Source: Anthoceros angustus | Taxonomy: Eukaryota; Plantae; Anthocerotophyta | Assembly (NCBI GenBank): GCA_010909165.1 | Contig: MU008164.1 | Location: 1,860,001 to 1,924,000, forward strand | Length of the DNA: 64,000 bases | Direction: 5' to 3' | Shown: one piece after another, positions 59,240-64,000 of the stretch | How positions within the stretch are numbered: position 1 is the stretch's first letter | Layout: each line of letters opens with the position of its first letter | Position numbers and translations under genes: made by a program | The notes under the pieces: model-generated | The model's database searches: none | The model's input: only the letters and a program-made list of their open reading frames with translations | What the model was told of the DNA's origin: nothing

Positions 59240-62200
59240 TAGGGTTTTGTTTTTTCAGAGGAGCGAGGACAAAATAAGACTAAAAGGAGGAATAAGCACG
59301 GATAGCACTGGATCGCACCGGAGTATACTCCGGACCGCACGGAGGCGTAAGGTCGAGAATAAGCCATGCGGACCTACTATGGCGGTGCATCGACCACGCC
59401 GGGTAACGGATAAGTCCGGACCCACCCAGTCCAAGGTGATAAGTACGCCAGGAAAGTAACTTAGAGTTGAGCCGTGAGGACGGACTAGGCGGCGCCACGT
59501 GGATGGCCCCGAGTGGAGGTCGGCATGCACCGCCAGACTGACCTACTATGGCGGGCGTAAGGCCGAGTAAGCGGTATTCACGCCCGCGACCGCGAGGCGA
59601 AGGCCGCAGTACGCGCGCGAAGGCCGCAGTAAGGAGGCGTAAGGTCGAGAATAAGCCATGCACTCGCGCTACGGACAGGAAGAGGCGCCTTCCCGCCGTT
59701 ACTCCGGCGCGTCAAGGGGAAGGTCACGCACCGAGACACCGCAGCCTCTGCGCCCGCAACCCGGCTCGGCGCTTATCTCTTTGAGCACCCCAAGACCTTC
59801 GAGCGTAGTTCACCGCCGGGTTGGAGGAGCGAACGCGCGAGGAGGGCGATCGTGCTGAACTCCGGCCAGCCATGCGACAAGGGAGAAAGGCGATGGCACC
59901 CAAAAGCTCGCGAAGTTTGGGAGCCATGGAACCTCGTGGAGCGCAACATTGTGACCCGCGCTATCCGGACTTTGGGCCCCGGCCGGAGGAAGCGGAGAAT
60001 TAGTGGAGGAGTGGCACCGGATGCGCTCCAGACGGTCCGACGCTCGGGCCACCGTCCGGAGTTCGCCCAAGATGTTGGCGGCGGTCAACAAGGAGGTGCG
60101 GTCCAAGAACCTCCGGGAGGACCCGAGGCGATGGACCTTGGAGGTCCTGAGGGCGGCCTACAACCGCCCAAAGGAGGAAGAAGGGGGAGTGGTGCCGGAG
60201 CCCCTCAAGGCGAAGGGGAAGATAGGGCCGGCAACAGCGGCGATGCTGAGGCCTGGGACGCAGAGGACCACCAACGGATGGTTGATATCCGACCTGCTGG
60301 ACAGTCGAGTAAGGGCGGTAGCCCGGATCATTGTCCATTGGAACCTGCTCACCAAGGTGGATCACCTTGGTGATAACTGCTATTCTCGCATGCGCTGGGG
60401 AAGAGGGCGGACTGGGAAGGATTATCTTCGCCTGCTTAGTCGAGGCCCCGCAAGCTCGTGACCGAGAAGCCTCGCCATTCTGGCCCCCATACCCGATCCA
60501 TGTATGGGGACATTTCGAGCCTCAAGGAGGGAGAGCTTGAGCGGCGCCCGGAAAGGACCGGAGGCCCCGCCGGAAGTGGAGCGGCAAGGGCGCCCGAGGT
60601 GGAGGCCGACCTCAAGGCCAAACGGACCCGGAGGAGGACGATCGAGGGAATTCCTGACTCCATACGTGAACGGACCCCTCACCACCTGTGGAAGTATGGG
60701 AGAAATTCGCCTCCTCCTCCCGGTGCCCCAACCGAGCAAGCAGGAGGCGGCCCCGACCCAATAGCCCCGCCACCACCACAACCATGGAGCCCCACGACTG
60801 TGAGGGAACCAAGAGACGCAAGACAACTAACGCGACCTCGACGGTGCCAAGATTCTTACCCCGCCACCTGAGTGGCAAGAAGGAGGAAGCAAGGAGGGCG
60901 AAGGGACGCCGCCTGTGGAGCAGGAGGACACCGGCAGCAGCCTGCACTGAGCCGGGTCCTGCCGATGTGAAGGGCAAAAGGGCTTGCTCCGGACCCCTCA
61001 CCTCCTCCGAGCCCTGTGAAAAAGGGCGAGAAGGAGCTCGCGCCAAAAGGGCCAAGGAGGGTGAAGCCCGAGTCAAGACTCGTGACCTAAGGGTCCCGAT
61101 TAGGTCCGAGAACCCACCGACTTACTCCGGCGGCGAAGGAAGGTCATTCATTGCGACCTCGAGACAATTCTCGCAGTCTCTTGCGCTCCGCAACCCGGCT
61201 CTCTGGCGCTATCTCTTTGAGCGCCCCAGCACCTTCGAGCGTAGTTCACTGTCGGGGTTGGAGAAGCGAACGCGCGAGGAGGGCGCATCGTGCCAGTGAA
61301 CTCCGGTCAGCAGCTACAGCGACAAGGGGAGACGAAGGCGATGGCACCCAAAAAGCCTGCGGAAGTTTGGGAGCCATGGAACCTCGTGGAGCGCAACATT
61401 GTGACCCGGCGCTATCCGGACTTTGGGCCCTGGCTGGAGGCGGGAGGCGGTTGGAGGAGTGGCACTGGATGCGTTCGGCGAGTGCGGGCGTTCGGCGTCA
61501 CTCAGTCGGGAGTTCGCCGGAAGATGTTGGCGGTCAACAAGGAGGTGCGGTCAAGAACCTCGGGAGGACCAGGCGATGGACCTTGGAGGTCTGAGGCGGC
61601 CTACAACCGCCCAAAGGAGGAAGAAGGGGAGTGGTGCGGGCCCCTCAAGGCGAAGGGAAGATAGGGCCGACAACGGCAGCGATCTTTGAGGCACAGGGGC
61701 CGAGGACCACCAGCGGATGGTTGATATCCGACTGCGGTCGAGTAAGGGCGGTAGCCGGATCATTGTCCATTGGAACACTGCTCACCAAGGTGGATCACCT
61801 TGGTGATAACTGTTAGTATTCACATGCGCTGCGGGGAAGAGGGCGGACGGGAAGGATTATCTTCGCCGGTTTAGTCGAGGCCCCGCAAGCTCGGGGCGAA
61901 GCCTCGCCATCAGGCATCCCCATACGATCCATGTATGGGGACATTTCGAGCTCCTCAAGGAGGGAGGCGGAGGCGGAGGCTCGGTGAAGGTGGCCAAGGA
62001 GGCGGAAGAGGCGCCCGAGGTGGAGGCCGACAAGGCCAAGCGGACCGGAGGAGGCGGCGGGAGGTCCGGACTCCATCGTGGAGCGGACCCCTCACCACCC
62101 GAAGTATGGGAGAAATTCCGCTTCCCTCCTCACAGTGAGGCGGCCGGTCTGGCGAGGCGGCCCCGACCCAATAGCCCGCCACCGGCCACAACCACGGCCG

Positions 62201-64000
62201 AGCCCCTCAAGGCCAAGCGGACCGGAGGAGGCGGAGAAGGAGCTCGCCAAAAGGGCCAAGGAGGTGCGGTCCAAGAACCTCCGGGAGGCGGAGGCGGCCT
62301 ACAACCGCCCAAAGGAGGAAGAAGGGGAGGCGAGGAAGCGGTAAGGAGGCGAAGGAGGGAGGCGAGAGGACAGCGGCCCGCCGGAAGATGTTGGCGGGCG
62401 GGAAGGGCAAAAGGGCTTGCTCCGGACCCCTCACCTCCTCCGAGCCCAGGAGAAAAGAGGCGGAGAAGGAGCTCGCGGCCAAAAGGGCCAAGGAGGGTGA
62501 AGCTCGGGGCTCGGCCTCGGGACCTAAGGGTCTGATTAGGTCCGAGAACCCAGTCGGACTTACTCGGGCAGTATGGAGGTCCTCGATCACGAAATGCCGC
62601 CCCACTACGGACTTTGTGGGAGCCTCACTGCGGCCGTGGAAGAAACACGGCGGTCCTGCCATATTATGGACGGTATGCTTTGGGGTCTCATGGATGGCCG
62701 AGAAGACCTGTGGAGGTAGAAGCCACCCGAGGCGCATGGTACTCCTCCGTGAGCAGCTGAGGGGCCCAGAGGCAAGAAGGAAGGCCAAGCTCGGCCGATT
62801 GAGGAAGGGAAACGCCGGAGGCCGAGAGGGAAGTCCGTCCATCCGCAAGGACCGACTAAATTCCTTCACCGGAGGAGCACTGAAGTGCTAAGGAGGCCAA
62901 GCGCTGGCCGAGGACCTCGCAGTGAGGGGGTAGCGCAGCAGAGGTGGAAGAGGCCCGGGCGCAAGCGGAGCGGCTGGACCGCGAGGCGGCCCGACCAGAC
63001 CAGAGCCAAGCCGAGAGGCCTGTGAAGGTGGCCAAGGAGGCGGAAGCCACGGCAAAGGCCGACCGCGATCACTATCGGCGTGATCGAACCGTGGAGGGAG
63101 GCGGCCGGGTAGCCACGCCAATCAAGGCCGAGCAGCGGCAAGAGAGCAAGCAGACGAGCCGTGCAGAACACCGAGGCCAAGACCCGGAAATCGGGACCCT
63201 GTGGCGCAGCAGGAGGTAGAAGGGAGGCGGCCGGGTAGCCACGGCCAATCAAGGCCGAGCAGCAAGAGCAAGCACGACGAGCCGCAGAACACCGGAGGCC
63301 AAGACCCGGAAATCGGGACCCTGTGGCGCAGCAGGAGGTAGAAGGGAGGCGGCAGGAGATGGAGGAGGACAAGAAGGACACCTTGGAGTTACAACCCAAG
63401 ACGCGGAGCAAAGCAAGGGGTTCTCAACGAGAATCCAAGACTTCGAGCTGAGATAGAGCGCCCACCGCCTCAAGATGGAGCAGGAGGCGGAGCAAGCGAC
63501 CACCAGCCTGTGAAGTTCGCGACAAGGAGATGGAGGATCTCCTGACTCACCGGAGGTGGAGCAAAGAAGGCAGGAGATGGAAGACCGCAAGGAGACCTTG
63601 AGTCAGCCCAAACTACCATTGAGAGGAATGGTAGTCTCAGGATATGGTCGCGAACGCGAACGGAAATAGAGCGGCCCGCCTGCTGGACGGAGCGACGGCG
63701 ATGGAACAGGAGCAGGACGCCGCCGAGATGGAGAAGGCCTGGCGAAGCCCGCACCGCAAAGTTGCCCGACCGTCTGGAGAGGGAGATGGCGAGTAATGGA
63801 CAGAGAGGCAAGAGCACCGGAAGGCATAAGAAGCCGCCGGTCCAGCTTGAGGAAGGCGAAGGGGAACGCGCGCTATGGCCGGTAAGCCGGGCAGAGGAAG
63901 GAAGCGGGGAGTTGGAGCAGTGGAGCAAAGCAAGGGAGGTGACCGAGGCGCATGGTACTCCTCCGTGAAGCAGCCCGCCTATCAAACTGGCGGGAGGTGG
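59240..64000 (+). mobile_element. GC-rich repeat, probably a Ty3/gypsy LTR plus accessory ORF region (duplicated, frameshifted; continues beyond the window)
   Basis: LTR-like non-coding start with repeated GGAGGCGTAAGGTCGAGAATAAGCCATGC (59341, 59634) and the palindrome CCGGAGTATACTCCGG (59318-59333). Then an ORF relic WTLEVLRAAYNRP...NGWLISDLLDSRVRAVARIIVHW...GP..IHVYG followed by E/A/K coiled-coil sequence, present twice (~59.55-60.9 and ~61.0-62.5 kb). No gag or pol is seen in the window. Confidence 0.45.

Overview
Repeat-rich window of a non-seed land-plant nuclear genome. A U-to-C RNA-editing lineage (hornwort, fern or lycophyte) is inferred from a DYW:KP/GRP-type PPR gene. Layout: (1) 0.7-13.7 kb holds a young Ty1/copia element (246-bp LTRs that read identical, TATTG TSD, no RNase H) nested in the integrase of an older copia that lacks RT and RNase H, with decayed PPR genes on both flanks. 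(2) 14-17 kb is non-coding and includes a ~690-bp TA/TATATG microsatellite. (3) 17.9-30.8 kb is a small gene island: an intact PLS-PPR-E-DYW:KP gene carrying an N-terminal OSB-type 'PDF' ssDNA-binding motif, head-to-head with an intron-containing class I small HSP, then two paralogous F-box genes each followed by an ELP2-like WD40 pseudogene fragment, plus PPR and LRR relics. (4) 31.7-59.0 kb is a MULE (SWIM transposase, ~230-bp TIRs). Inserted in its right TIR is a 21-kb CACTA/EnSpm element (CCCTA termini, AGA TSD) carrying TnpD, two Transposase_24-like ORFs and a decayed Plavaka-like transposase. (5) 59.2-64 kb is a GC-rich, probably Ty3/gypsy-related repeat. Caveat: much of the window consists of 0.5-2 kb tandem duplications with indel-rich copies and microhomology junctions, so many frameshifts and copy numbers may be assembly artefacts. 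All domain calls come from motif recognition by eye, not database searches.
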